Shown here: positions 19,348-28,976 of the stretch, piece after piece | Position numbering within the stretch: the first letter of the stretch is position 1 | Layout: each line of letters begins with the position of its first letter | Assembly: GCA_046160305.1 (NCBI GenBank) | Contig: JBJXGX010000305.1 | Span: 17,322-81,321, forward strand | Direction: 5' to 3' | Length of the DNA: 64,000 bases | Origin: Burkholderiales bacterium | Lineage (GTDB): Bacteria > Pseudomonadota > Gammaproteobacteria > Burkholderiales > SG8-39 | Program-made: the position numbers and the translations under genes | Notes under the pieces: model-generated | What the model saw: the letters and a program-made list of their open reading frames with translations, nothing else | What the model was told of the DNA's origin: nothing | Databases searched by the model: none

Positions 19348-20328
19348 ATGAAGCATTTGGTACGCATGATGCGAATGATGGGAATGGGCGGCGGTATCGC
19401 CTTCGCCATGCTCGCGGGTCCGTTGCTCGCACAGGAATGGCCGGTCCGTCCGGTGCGGGTGATCGTCAATGTCGCACCGGGTGGTGTCGCCGATATCGTG
19501 GCGCGCCTGCTTGCGCCGGCGCTCGGTGAATCGTTGCGCCAGCCCTTTGTCGTCGAGAACCGCGCGGGGGGCGACGGTCTGATCGGCATAGAGGTTGTTG
19601 CCCGGGCTGATCCGGACGGCTACACGATCTGCATGTCCCCCGGCAGCTCGATCGTGATCACGCCGCATCTGGCGGCGCGCAAGGACCTTGATCCGCTCGA
19701 AGTGTTGAGTCCGATCGCACCCTCCGTAAAGAGCACCCAGTATCTGGTCGTGCATCCCTCGAGCCCCGCGAAGTCCCTTGAAGAATTCATGGCGCTCGCG
19801 AAGAAGTCGACCCGCATGAACTACGGTTCGGCAGGCACCGGCACCGGCCTGCACATTTCCGCCGAGCTCTTTCGCCGCGAAGTCGGGTTCGAGGCTGCCC
19901 ACATTCCCTACAAGGGCGCGGGACCCGCGTTGAATGACCTGCTGGGCGCTCAGTTTGATTTCATGTTCGACCCGGGTTCGGGTGTCGGCGCGATCAAAGG
20001 CGGGAAGCTCCGGCTGCTCGCGGTGACCGGTACGCAGCGCCATCCGGATTACCCTGACACGCCCACCTTCGATGAGCGCGGCATCCGATCGGTGGATGGC
20101 GGCACCTACTTTGGCTTCTATGCGACCAAGGGAACGCCGGTTGCCATCGTCCAGCGCCTGAATGCCGAGATTGCCCGCGCCGTACAGTTGCCCGAGTCGC
20201 GCAAGCGCTTCGACACCATGGGCGCGCAGATCGGCGTGATGAGTGCGGCAGAGTTCGGTACCTATGTGCGTGTCGAAAGCGAACGATACGCAAAGCTCAT
20301 CCGCGAGTTCGGCATCCGGAAGGATTGA
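19348..20328 (+). CDS. Bug/TctC substrate-binding protein
   Basis: APGGVAD, ENRAGG, PDGYT, HIPYKGAGPA. Confidence 0.92.
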   Translation: MKHLVRMMRMMGMGGGIAFAMLAGPLLAQEWPVRPVRVIVNVAPGGVADIVARLLAPALGESLRQPFVVENRAGGDGLIGIEVVARADPDGYTICMSPGSSIVITPHLAARKDLDPLEVLSPIAPSVKSTQYLVVHPSSPAKSLEEFMALAKKSTRMNYGSAGTGTGLHISAELFRREVGFEAAHIPYKGAGPALNDLLGAQFDFMFDPGSGVGAIKGGKLRLLAVTGTQRHPDYPDTPTFDERGIRSVDGGTYFGFYATKGTPVAIVQRLNAEIARAVQLPESRKRFDTMGAQIGVMSAAEFGTYVRVESERYAKLIREFGIRKD

Positions 20329-20443
20329 GTGCCGAGAGAAGCGGGGGGACTAGGGCCTATCCGCGAACGCTCTACGCAGCACAATCGTCGTGGCGTGAAG
20401 CTCGCGAATCGGTTCAGCACGAGATTTTGTTGGTAGACGATCC

Positions 20444-21904
20444 ATGCGAACTTGGTTCCCCGACAGGATGATCTGGCAACTCGGCTGGATTGCGGTCGTT
20501 CTGGTTGGTGCGCTCGTCATCGTGCGTTACGACATCGCGCAGCGCCGTGATATGTTTCAGACGAATGCGCGGATCGCGCACGGCGTACTCAGTCAACGAG
20601 CCGTGCAGCATGAAGCGATTCTCAACACGCTCGTTCTGCTGAGCCCCAAGCTGCGGCCCGAACAGCGTTTGCCCGCCGTCTATCCCCAGGTGCTTGCGGT
20701 GCACCGCCGGGATGCCGGCGACACTTGGTCCGACCCCGCCTTCGAATCGGCGGAGAGCCGTTCACGCGAGGTGCGCCATGCGGTACTTGGCACCATCGAC
20801 CAGGTAAATGGCCAATACTCGCTCGTGCTCGCGGGCGAGCCGACGAGCTTCGCGCTCAACATCGACGTACTGCGCATGGTAAATTCTGGCGAGTGGCCGC
20901 TCGCGCCGGTCGGATCAATCCGCGCAGTTCTCGAATACGCTGATAAATCGATTCTGCTGCACCAAGCTGAGCCGGCTGAAGCACAACCTGTCGGTCTCAC
21001 CGCGGGCTTCGTGTTCGAGAAGCCGCTCGCGGCCGTGAGCCAACCCTTCGTGCTGCGTCTGTCGCGCGCAACCGGGCCGGCCCAATGGCCGTGGACATTG
21101 TTGCTCGCATGGGCGGGGCTCACAGGCTTCGCGCTGGCTGCGCTGGTCGCCAGGCTCAGCAAGCAGCGCGAGCGCCGCCGTACTGAAGAACTGCTGCGCG
21201 TAGGGCAGGTTGCGCGTTTGAATGCGATGGGGGAATTAGCAGGTGGCTTCGCGCACGAACTGAATCAACCGCTTGCGGCGGTCATCACCAACGCGCAGGC
21301 AGCGCAGCGACTACTCGATAACGATCCGCCGGATTTGGGCACCGCGCGTCAAGCCATGGCACAGGCTGCAACGCAAGGCCGGCGCGCGGCGGATGTTATC
21401 GCGCGACTGCGACGTCTCATCGATACGCCGAACGTCGCGCAGCCCCGGCAACTGGTGAACCTGGAAGCAAGCGCGCGGCATGTGTTGGATCTGCTCGAAC
21501 CCGCGGTGCAACAGGGCGGCATCGAGGTGACGGTGACGGGCCAAGGACGCGCGGCGCTGGCCGATCCCGTTGCGATCGAGCAGATCATTCACAACCTGCT
21601 CGGCAACGCCATGCAGGCGCTTGAAGAAGTGCCGGTCGGTGAACGCCGCCTGAATCTGCAAGTCCGCGACGAAAGCGACCAAGTCACACTGATTGTGCGA
21701 GACAGCGGACCCGGAATCCCCCCCGAGGCGCTGGCGCACATATTCGAGCCGTTCTACACGACGCGGCGCGGTGGGCTGGGATTGGGCCTCAGTCTATGCG
21801 AAACACTTGCGCAGGCGATGGACGGCGCGCTCACGGTCCGCCATGCCGCACCGCGCGGTGCAGAGTTTCGCCTTACATTGCCGGCGGCAAGGGCAACGCA
21901 ATGA
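20444..21904 (+). CDS. Membrane sensor histidine kinase
   Basis: Two TM segments; AHELNQP H-box; NLLGNA, DSGPG, FEPFYTT, GLGLGL. Confidence 0.92.
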   Translation: MRTWFPDRMIWQLGWIAVVLVGALVIVRYDIAQRRDMFQTNARIAHGVLSQRAVQHEAILNTLVLLSPKLRPEQRLPAVYPQVLAVHRRDAGDTWSDPAFESAESRSREVRHAVLGTIDQVNGQYSLVLAGEPTSFALNIDVLRMVNSGEWPLAPVGSIRAVLEYADKSILLHQAEPAEAQPVGLTAGFVFEKPLAAVSQPFVLRLSRATGPAQWPWTLLLAWAGLTGFALAALVARLSKQRERRRTEELLRVGQVARLNAMGELAGGFAHELNQPLAAVITNAQAAQRLLDNDPPDLGTARQAMAQAATQGRRAADVIARLRRLIDTPNVAQPRQLVNLEASARHVLDLLEPAVQQGGIEVTVTGQGRAALADPVAIEQIIHNLLGNAMQALEEVPVGERRLNLQVRDESDQVTLIVRDSGPGIPPEALAHIFEPFYTTRRGGLGLGLSLCETLAQAMDGALTVRHAAPRGAEFRLTLPAARATQ

Positions 21905-22527
21905 ATTCCATTTCTCCATTGATCCATGTCGTCGACGACGATGAAGCGGTTCGCGAGAGCCTCGCGCTATTGATCGGTACGGTCGGACTGCGTGTGGCGA
22001 AGTGGAAGCATCCACAGGACTTTCTAGACAACTTCGACCGCGACGCCGTGGGCGCCATCGTCCTCGACGTGCGAATGCCCGGCCTGAGTGGACCGACCGT
22101 GCTGGATACGCTGCGGTCTCAAGGCGCAGACCAGCCCGTGATCATGCTCACCGGGCACGGCACGATCGATATGTGCCGGCGGGCGTTCAAGGCGGGGGCC
22201 GTCGAATTCCTGGAGAAACCGGTTGACGACGAACCACTGCTGGAGGCGATCCACAACGCTATTCGGATGCACGTGCAATCGCGAGGACGCCAGGCTGCCG
22301 ATCGCGAAGCCCGTGATCGTTTCGCGACGTTGTCTGAGCGCGAGCGCGACGTGCTCTCGTTGGTGGTGACGGGGCTCACCAACAAGGAAATCGGCCGCGC
22401 GCTGACGCTCTCGCCGCGGACGGTCGAGACGCACCGTGCCCATCTGTCGGAAAAGCTGCGGGCGGATTCGCTCGCGCAGCTGATCCGGCGCTATGCAACC
22501 CTGGTCGACGAGGCCGCGACCAAGTAG
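21901..22527 (+). CDS. FixJ/TtrR-type response regulator
   Basis: VVDDD, LDVRMPG, MLTGHG, FLEKP; LuxR-type HTH TNKEIGRALTLSPRTVETHR. Confidence 0.92.
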   Translation: MNSISPLIHVVDDDEAVRESLALLIGTVGLRVAKWKHPQDFLDNFDRDAVGAIVLDVRMPGLSGPTVLDTLRSQGADQPVIMLTGHGTIDMCRRAFKAGAVEFLEKPVDDEPLLEAIHNAIRMHVQSRGRQAADREARDRFATLSERERDVLSLVVTGLTNKEIGRALTLSPRTVETHRAHLSEKLRADSLAQLIRRYATLVDEAATK

Positions 22528-22633
22528 TTCTACTGATGCACGGGCGTATGCGCACGGATGTTTCGTGGCGATGCGTTCTCCTATATTGATGCCACGGTCA
22601 CTATTTGACCGGAACAACAATAGGAGATTGACC

Positions 22634-23125
22634 TTGAAACCCGTTGCAACGCTCGTAATCCTCGGCGCCGCTGTTGTCACTACGCTCGCCCAGGCTCAGG
22701 CCGTTCGGACCGAGAGGAATATGTCGCTCGAACTGGCCAATCAGATCGCTTCCACCAGCGTTGCCGCGTGTCAGGCCAACGGGTACGCCGTTGCGGCAAC
22801 CGTTGTCGATCGCGCCGGCACCGTGCGCGCCGTGCAGCGCGCCGACAATGCCGGCCCGCATACGTTGGGCGCCAGCCTGCAAAAGGCCTACACGTCGGCA
22901 TCGGCGAAGAACACCACGTCGGCCATGATGGAAACCGCTCAGAAGAACCCGGCCGCGGCCAACCTCGTTCATATTCCCGGCTACTTGTTACTTGGCGGCG
23001 GCGTGCCGGTGAGAGTAGGCAACGAGGTGATCGGCGCCGTAGGAATCGGTGGAGCCCCCGGCGGTCATCTCGACGAACAATGCGCCATGAGCGCGCTTGA
23101 CAAAGTGAAGGACCAACTCAAATGA
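22634..23125 (+). CDS. Exported GlcG/HbpS-family heme-binding protein
   Basis: AGGAG RBS then TTG start; signal peptide; VVDRAG, KAYTSAS, LGGGVP, GAVGIGGAPGGHLDEQCA. Confidence 0.85.
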   Translation: MKPVATLVILGAAVVTTLAQAQAVRTERNMSLELANQIASTSVAACQANGYAVAATVVDRAGTVRAVQRADNAGPHTLGASLQKAYTSASAKNTTSAMMETAQKNPAAANLVHIPGYLLLGGGVPVRVGNEVIGAVGIGGAPGGHLDEQCAMSALDKVKDQLK

Positions 23126-23814
23126 AATCGCTGCGCATCGGCTTGCTGGTCCTGGCTTTGGGAGTCGGCGCGCAGCCGGTGGCGGCGCAGGTGCCTCCTT
23201 CATCTTCTGAAATTGCTGCCTACACAGGAATCCATGCAGCGGCCCATCGCGGCGATGTCGCGACGATCGAACGGCTGGTAGCTGTCTCGCGTGCAGCGCT
23301 CGAAGCGCGCGATCAACAAGGTCGTACACCGTTGCATGTGTCGACATTCGCGCGCCAACGCAGCGCAATACAAGCATTGCTCAAAGCGGGTGCCAACCAC
23401 GGCGCGCTCGAACAGGGCCGGTACGATGCGGTGACCATCGCCGCCGTCGCCAACGACGAGGAAACCCTACGGCTGTTGCTGGCCGCGGGCGCGAGTGCCA
23501 AGCTCGTCACCAGCCGCTATGACGGTACGGCGCTGATCGCGGCGGCCCACCTTGGGCATCACGGCGTGGTGCGGCAATTGATCGCCGCCGGTGCGCCGCT
23601 CGACCATGTCAACAACCTCAATTGGACCGCCCTCGTCGAGGCGATCGTGTTGGGCAATGGCGGTGCCGATCACTTGAGCACATTGCAAGCGCTCCTCGAC
23701 GCGGGCGCCAGCACCAAACTGACCGATCGCGAGGGCCGCACGCCCTTGCAGCTCGCGAAAGGACGCGGTTACGGGACGATGGTCCGCGCGCTGGTCGCGG
23801 CCGGCGCGCGCTGA
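23122..23814 (+). CDS. Exported ankyrin repeat protein
   Basis: Signal peptide; GRTPLH, GTALIAA, WTALVEA, GRTPLQ repeats; ATGA overlap with the upstream gene. Confidence 0.88.
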   Translation: MKSLRIGLLVLALGVGAQPVAAQVPPSSSEIAAYTGIHAAAHRGDVATIERLVAVSRAALEARDQQGRTPLHVSTFARQRSAIQALLKAGANHGALEQGRYDAVTIAAVANDEETLRLLLAAGASAKLVTSRYDGTALIAAAHLGHHGVVRQLIAAGAPLDHVNNLNWTALVEAIVLGNGGADHLSTLQALLDAGASTKLTDREGRTPLQLAKGRGYGTMVRALVAAGAR

Positions 23815-23880
23815 GGCATGAGGCTGTCAGGAAGGCGAATTCAAGAATTCGATATGGCGATTGATCATTGCCGATGGGCA

Positions 23881-24708
23881 CTAATCCGCCCGATTCCATC
23901 CCCACCATGCGCAAATCGCCTGGCCCATCACGAGCGATTTATCGCGTTCTGGCAACCAGGGCAGTGCCTCGGTAAACATCGTCACGCATTGCCGCCAGGG
24001 CACGGGCATCTTCGTGATGTCGGTACCCCAGAACATGCGGTGAGGACCGAACGCATCGTAGATCTGTCGCAGGTAGGTGTGCATCGCGGGGAATGGATAT
24101 TTTTCGCTGGCGTAGCCCGGCGCGCCGGTGGCCTTGACCGCTACGTTAGGGCATTTTGCCAGCGCCAGCAGATCGGGTATGTGCGTCATGGCGGCGGCGT
24201 CCTTCAAAGTCGTCATGCCGCCCCGGCCGCCAAGATGGTCGATGGTGAGGCGCAGCCCGGGATGTCGCAGGGCGATTGTGCCGACCTCCCGCAATGAATC
24301 GGTCGCCATCATCGCGATAGGCACGTTTGCGCGTTCGGCCGCGGCCCAGAGCCACTCGAGCGTGCCATCGCAGAGCCACGTGCGGTGAGGCTCACTAAGG
24401 AATGTATAACGCAGACCGAGCATGCCCGGCTGGGCTCGCCAATTCGCGACAAGGGAGCGGGATTCCGGTTGCTCGAGCGGAAGCGACCCCATGATCGCGA
24501 ACCGCCCGGGGTAGTCGCGCACGGCCGCGAACGCCAACGCGTGCGAATCGGGATCCCAGCCCGGCGGATGAATCACCGCGGCATCGACACCGCCCTCGTC
24601 CATCAGGCCAATGGCCTCCGCGGCGGTGAACGATGTCACCTGTCGATGCGATAGATTGCTTGGCAGGCCGGTTCTCCACAGGTGAATCTGGGCGTCAATG
24701 ATCTGCAT
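23881..24708 (-). CDS. Amidohydrolase_2 family (lactonase-like) protein
   Basis: IIDAQIHLW, IDHLG, RMFWGTD. Confidence 0.85.
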   Translation of the reverse strand: MQIIDAQIHLWRTGLPSNLSHRQVTSFTAAEAIGLMDEGGVDAAVIHPPGWDPDSHALAFAAVRDYPGRFAIMGSLPLEQPESRSLVANWRAQPGMLGLRYTFLSEPHRTWLCDGTLEWLWAAAERANVPIAMMATDSLREVGTIALRHPGLRLTIDHLGGRGGMTTLKDAAAMTHIPDLLALAKCPNVAVKATGAPGYASEKYPFPAMHTYLRQIYDAFGPHRMFWGTDITKMPVPWRQCVTMFTEALPWLPERDKSLVMGQAICAWWGWNRAD

Positions 24709-24939
24709 CGTGCTCTCCTGTTCATGGCCTTCGGTGATGTGGCAAGGAGTATCGATGGCCGCCGGCACGCAGTCAATGCGGCGGGGGCATGCGGCGGCGA
24801 TTGATAGTCCGTTACCAGCGCAAAGCATTCCGAGGCGCTTAAGAATCATTTAGCATTCGACTAGGAAACACTTAAGAGCGCGTCCGTCCGCCTGCGCCGA
24901 TAGTTGTGGTCATGGCATTCACGCATCGCATGATCCGCA

Positions 24940-25960
24940 ATGAAACGCTCGCTCCTTTTATCCAGCACCCTGCTGTCGGCGATCCTCCCCATCGTGACCG
25001 GCATCGGCTCGGTGCACGCCGAGGACACGCTGCCTCTGCGTTTGCATGACACCGGGCTCTACGGCGCGAATACGGCGATGCCGCGTGGGGATCTTCACGG
25101 ATTTACGCCGCAGTACCCGCTCTGATCGGACGGCACCGAAAAGCGACGCTGGATCCATTTGCCCCCCGGCACGGCCATCGATGCGTCGGACCCCGATGCC
25201 TGGGCGTTTCCGCGTGGCACCAAGCTCTGGAAAGCGTTCGCGCTGGGCGATCGACCGCTCGAAACCCGCTTCATCGAACATCAGGCCGACGGAACATGGC
25301 GGTTCGCGACGTACGTATGGAATGACGCGGGCACCGATGCGGTCCTCGCGCCGGCTCGTGGCGTCACGCTGACCGGGGTATCCGGCGCACCGCGCGGACG
25401 CTACGTCGTGCCGAGCCGAGGCGATTGCCTGGTCTGCCATGGCAGCGCACCGGTGCCGGTGCTTGGCTTCGCTGCCTTGCAGCTTTCTCCCGATCGTGAT
25501 CCGAAGGCCGTCGGCGCGCCTCCGATGCGCCAAGGCGACGCGGACCTTCGCAGTCTCGTGAAGCAGGGCGTGCTGCGCAATCCATCGCCCAAGCTATTGG
25601 CGACACCACCGCGCATTCCGGCCGCCACGCCCACCGAGCGCGCCGCGCTGGGAATGCTGCACGGCAACTGCGCCCATTGCCATAACACGAGCGAGAACCG
25701 TGTACCGCTCGCGCTCACCCGTGCGCAAGGCGTGGCGGATCCGATCGGTCGGTACCAGGACGTGCTGCGAACAACCGTCAACGCGCGAAGCCGTTGGCGC
25801 GCGCCGCACGATGAAAGCGACACGGGCGTGCAGGTCGTTGTGCCGGGGCGCCCGGCATCAAACGTGCTCGCGATACGCATGGAATCACGCCACGCAGCGA
25901 CACAAATGCCGCCGCTCGGCACAGAGCTACCCGACGCCGCAAGCGTCGAGTTGATTCACC
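24940..25960 (+). pseudogene. Interrupted exported diheme c-type cytochrome (SO2930-like)
   Basis: The 61-aa and 279-aa ORFs share a frame, separated by TGA at 25123-25125 in PQYPL*SDGTEKRRWI; two CxxCH motifs (CLVCH, CAHCH); QMPPLG; 3' end apparently deleted. Confidence 0.75.
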
Positions 25961-26378
25961 GTTCAAGATGGGCGAGAAGGGTTCTGAGTTCGATCTGAGT
26001 CGAATGCTCTCGGGTCATCCGCAAATGCTGAAGATGCCGCCGGCTCCGACGCTGCCCGAGGGACCGTGGCTGGTCGTGTCGTCTGCGACCAACACGGCCT
26101 TTTCGGGGCCGTGGGGCGTGAGTTTGACCACGAACCTGACGCCCGACCCGGATACCGGGCTCGGCCGCTGGACGGAGCGTGACTTCATCGCCACGATCCG
26201 CACCGGCCGCCACATGGGCCGTGGACGCGAGATCCTGCCGCCAATGCCGATCCCGGTCTATAGCAACTTCACCGACGCCGATCTGGGCGCGATCTTCGCG
26301 TATCTGCGGACGATTCCGGCAATCAAGAATCAGGTCCCGGAGCCGCGACCGCCCGCTGGCGCGAAGGCGGTGCAATAG
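25958..26378 (+). pseudogene. 5'-truncated c-type cytochrome (diheme c-553-like) fragment
   Basis: PFKMGEKG...MLSGHP, NLTPDPDTGLGRW, ILPPMP, DLGAIFAYLRTIP are present; signal peptide and CxxCH are missing. Confidence 0.7.
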
Positions 26379-26625
26379 CGGATGCGGGTGCCTGTTGATC
26401 CTGCCCGGTGACAACCGGCACCTTCACGTCATCTGCGCGCATTGTTCAACCACTGCGCTCGCTCACGATCGACCCGGCATTCCACGCGCGAAGGCCGGGC
26501 CATCGCAGCGCTGCGAAAACACCGAACGTCCGCGGACTATTTGCTTGGTCGGCAAGGCGGCATCCTATCGCGCCTGTCTGCACACCACCGCCTGTCACGC
26601 CGGCCGGTCGCGGTACTATCGTCAG

Positions 26626-27318
26626 ATGAAATCCTTCGTCTTCGCTTTCGCTCTGGCCGCGGTGCTCTCGAGCGGTGCCGCATCCGCTCAAAGCTTTCCC
26701 AACAAGACCGTGCGCGTGATGGTCCCCACCGCGCCCGGTGGGGGCATCGACGTGTCGTGTCGAATCGTCACCGCCAAGCTGCAGAAGTATTGGGGCCATC
26801 CGGTCGTGGTCGAAAATCGGCCGGGCGCGGCGAGCCTGCTTGCGCTTGAACTTTTCAATGCACTGGCCGGCACGCAGATCACGCCGATCTCCTACAAAGG
26901 CGCGGGTCCCGCGCTCGCGAGTTTGATGGCGGGCGAGACGCAGATTGCGTTCGCCGACATCGGTAGCGGCGCGTCGACCTTGAAATCGGGAAGGGTGCGC
27001 GTGTTGGGTATCGCCACGCTCGAACGCTCGAAGCTCTATCCGGATTGGCCGACCATCGATGAATCGGGCGTGCCAAAGTTCGAGACGAGCACATGGGTCG
27101 CGATGTTCGCGCCCGCCGCAACGCCGCGCGAGATTACCGAGCGCATCGGCCACGATGTCCGGCGGGCGCTCGCCGACCCCGATGTCAGGCAGCGCTTTCA
27201 GGCGATCAATTTCGAGGTGGTCGGGTCGACCGCCGAGGGGCTCGCATCGATCATGCGGCGGGACACCGATAAGTGGCGCCGCCTCGTTCGCGAACGCAAC
27301 CTGAAGTTTTCGCAATGA
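26626..27318 (+). pseudogene. Bug/TctC receptor with an internal in-frame deletion
   Basis: 230 aa versus about 325 aa for the paralogs; ENRPGAAS runs straight into LLALELF, losing the PDGY...GS segment. Confidence 0.75.
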
Positions 27319-27377
27319 ACGCCGAGCGTGAAGTTGTCTCAATGAACGTCGAGCGTGAAGTCTCCACAATGAACGCG
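27313..27377 (+). repeat. 27-bp imperfect tandem repeat (about 2.4 copies), each unit carrying an in-frame ATG
   Basis: CAATGAACG at 27313, 27340 and 27367; translates as MNAEREVVS-MNVEREVST-MNAAR. Confidence 0.85.
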
Positions 27378-28427
27378 GCGCGCCTGCTGCTCGTGGGCAG
27401 CATCCCGCTCGATACGCCGGAGCGCGTCTTCGAACAGTTCGGCGGTCCGCTCGGCCGCTACCTCGGCGCGCTGCCTGATGGCGAGGTCGGCTTGCGGTTG
27501 CATTGGATCAGCCGGATTCATTTCCAGGTCTTCGCGCTGCATCCGGATCTAGAGATCATGCAGCGTCCGCCGCTCGATAACGGGGTCGAGCGTTTGAATC
27601 CGCGCAACACCGGAGAGAGTTGGCGATTCAAGGTGCGTGATAGTGTCGATCGCATTCGCTTCGGCGAACCGGGATGGCGCCTCGGCTACGCTCGCGATGC
27701 GATCAACTCGTACTACGTATTTCGCGCGATGCGCGAGCAAGGCCGGCTTCCGGCGGGCTTGCGCTTCCAGATCTCGCTCGCCTCGCCGAATAGTGCCGCA
27801 CCGCCGCGCATTCTCGTGAATCCGGAGCGCCTGCCCATTCTGCGCGAAGGCTACGAGTTCGCGATGGCCGATGAACTGCGGACGATCTTCGCGCACATTC
27901 CCGCGCGCGATCTCGCGATCCAATGGGATTGTTCGACCGAAGTGCAGGACGCGTATGGTGAAGTTGCGAACCTTGCACCTGAGGGCGGGATCGAACGCAA
28001 TGTCGCGCAGTTCGCGCGGCTGTGTCCCGCCATTCCGTCCGAGGCGCGAGTAGGCGTGCATCTTTGCTTCGGCACGCTCGGCGGTTGGCCGCGATTCGCG
28101 CCCGGCGATCTTGGCCGCACGGTCGATCTTGCCAACGGCATTATCGCCGGCGCTGGTCGTCGCGTCGATTGGATGCATATCCCGGTGCTCGATCGTGCTG
28201 ATGACGCGTTCTTCGCGCCATTCGCGCGCCTGCGTGCGGGCGACACGCGCGTATTTCTCGGCTTGATCCACAACATGGAGCGATTCGGTGAACGCGTCGC
28301 CGTGGCGCGCAAGTATCTCGCCGACTTCGGCCTCGCCGCGTTCTGCGGTTTTGGGCGGATGCCGCCCGGCGATATGCCCGGCGTGCTCGCTGCGCACTTG
28401 CGGGCGCTGGAACTCGCTGCGGCGTAG
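27315..28427 (+). CDS. Cobalamin-independent methionine synthase-like (MetE C-terminal fold) protein
   Basis: LVGSIP, PDGE, AIQWD, HLCFG, FCGFGR with probable Zn ligands His-x-Cys...Cys. Confidence 0.65.
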   Translation: MNAEREVVSMNVEREVSTMNAARLLLVGSIPLDTPERVFEQFGGPLGRYLGALPDGEVGLRLHWISRIHFQVFALHPDLEIMQRPPLDNGVERLNPRNTGESWRFKVRDSVDRIRFGEPGWRLGYARDAINSYYVFRAMREQGRLPAGLRFQISLASPNSAAPPRILVNPERLPILREGYEFAMADELRTIFAHIPARDLAIQWDCSTEVQDAYGEVANLAPEGGIERNVAQFARLCPAIPSEARVGVHLCFGTLGGWPRFAPGDLGRTVDLANGIIAGAGRRVDWMHIPVLDRADDAFFAPFARLRAGDTRVFLGLIHNMERFGERVAVARKYLADFGLAAFCGFGRMPPGDMPGVLAAHLRALELAAA

Positions 28428-28559
28428 GGGCGATTCGGGCTGCGTGAGGTGACCGTGTTGGTCTTGGGGTCACCGGTCGCACCGCGTTGCCGTCTGCGGA
28501 TGCGCGAACTGGAATGTCTGCGCCGCCTGCGCGAATGCGAGGATCGCGCTCGAAATGCG

Positions 28560-28792
28560 GGGGCCATCGCACGGCCGCGCCGCGCACCGGCCACGATGAG
28601 CGCGGCCACGTGCGAAAACTGCTCCAGGACGATTTCGACCTGGACGAAAATTGGTGGCAACGAGGTGGAAGTGCCGAAGCCAGCGCCGAACAAGATGATG
28701 CAGGCAATCGATAGCGGAACACTCGCGCCGGTTACGAGTATGAAGGCCATCGATGTGACAATCGTTGCTGTGTAGCTGCCAAGGGCGACCAT
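28560..28792 (-). pseudogene. MFS transporter C-terminal fragment
   Basis: Hydrophobic IILFGAGFGTSTSLPPIFVQVE...ALIVA segment with no intact start or end. Confidence 0.5.
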
Positions 28793-28976
28793 TCGTCGAT
28801 CGGTGTGCGGATGGCGATGACGCGATCAATCACTGCATCCATTTATCTTCACCCACTGATGATTGCGCTCCGGCGCTCCGGCGCATCGTCGATTGGCGGA
28901 TCGCGAGTGCGATATATTGATGATTCGGGTGCGCTGATCCCTGTCCACAATGGCGCGCGATCATTTGGAGAATGAA

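Noticed and set aside
25123-25125. Selenocysteine or a reassigned TGA codon
   Set aside because: The position corresponds to Trp rather than Cys, many intact genes here end in TGA, and the locus shows other decay.
27313-27377. Mini CRISPR array
   Set aside because: The 27-bp units are contiguous with no unique spacers, lie in coding frame, and there are no cas genes.
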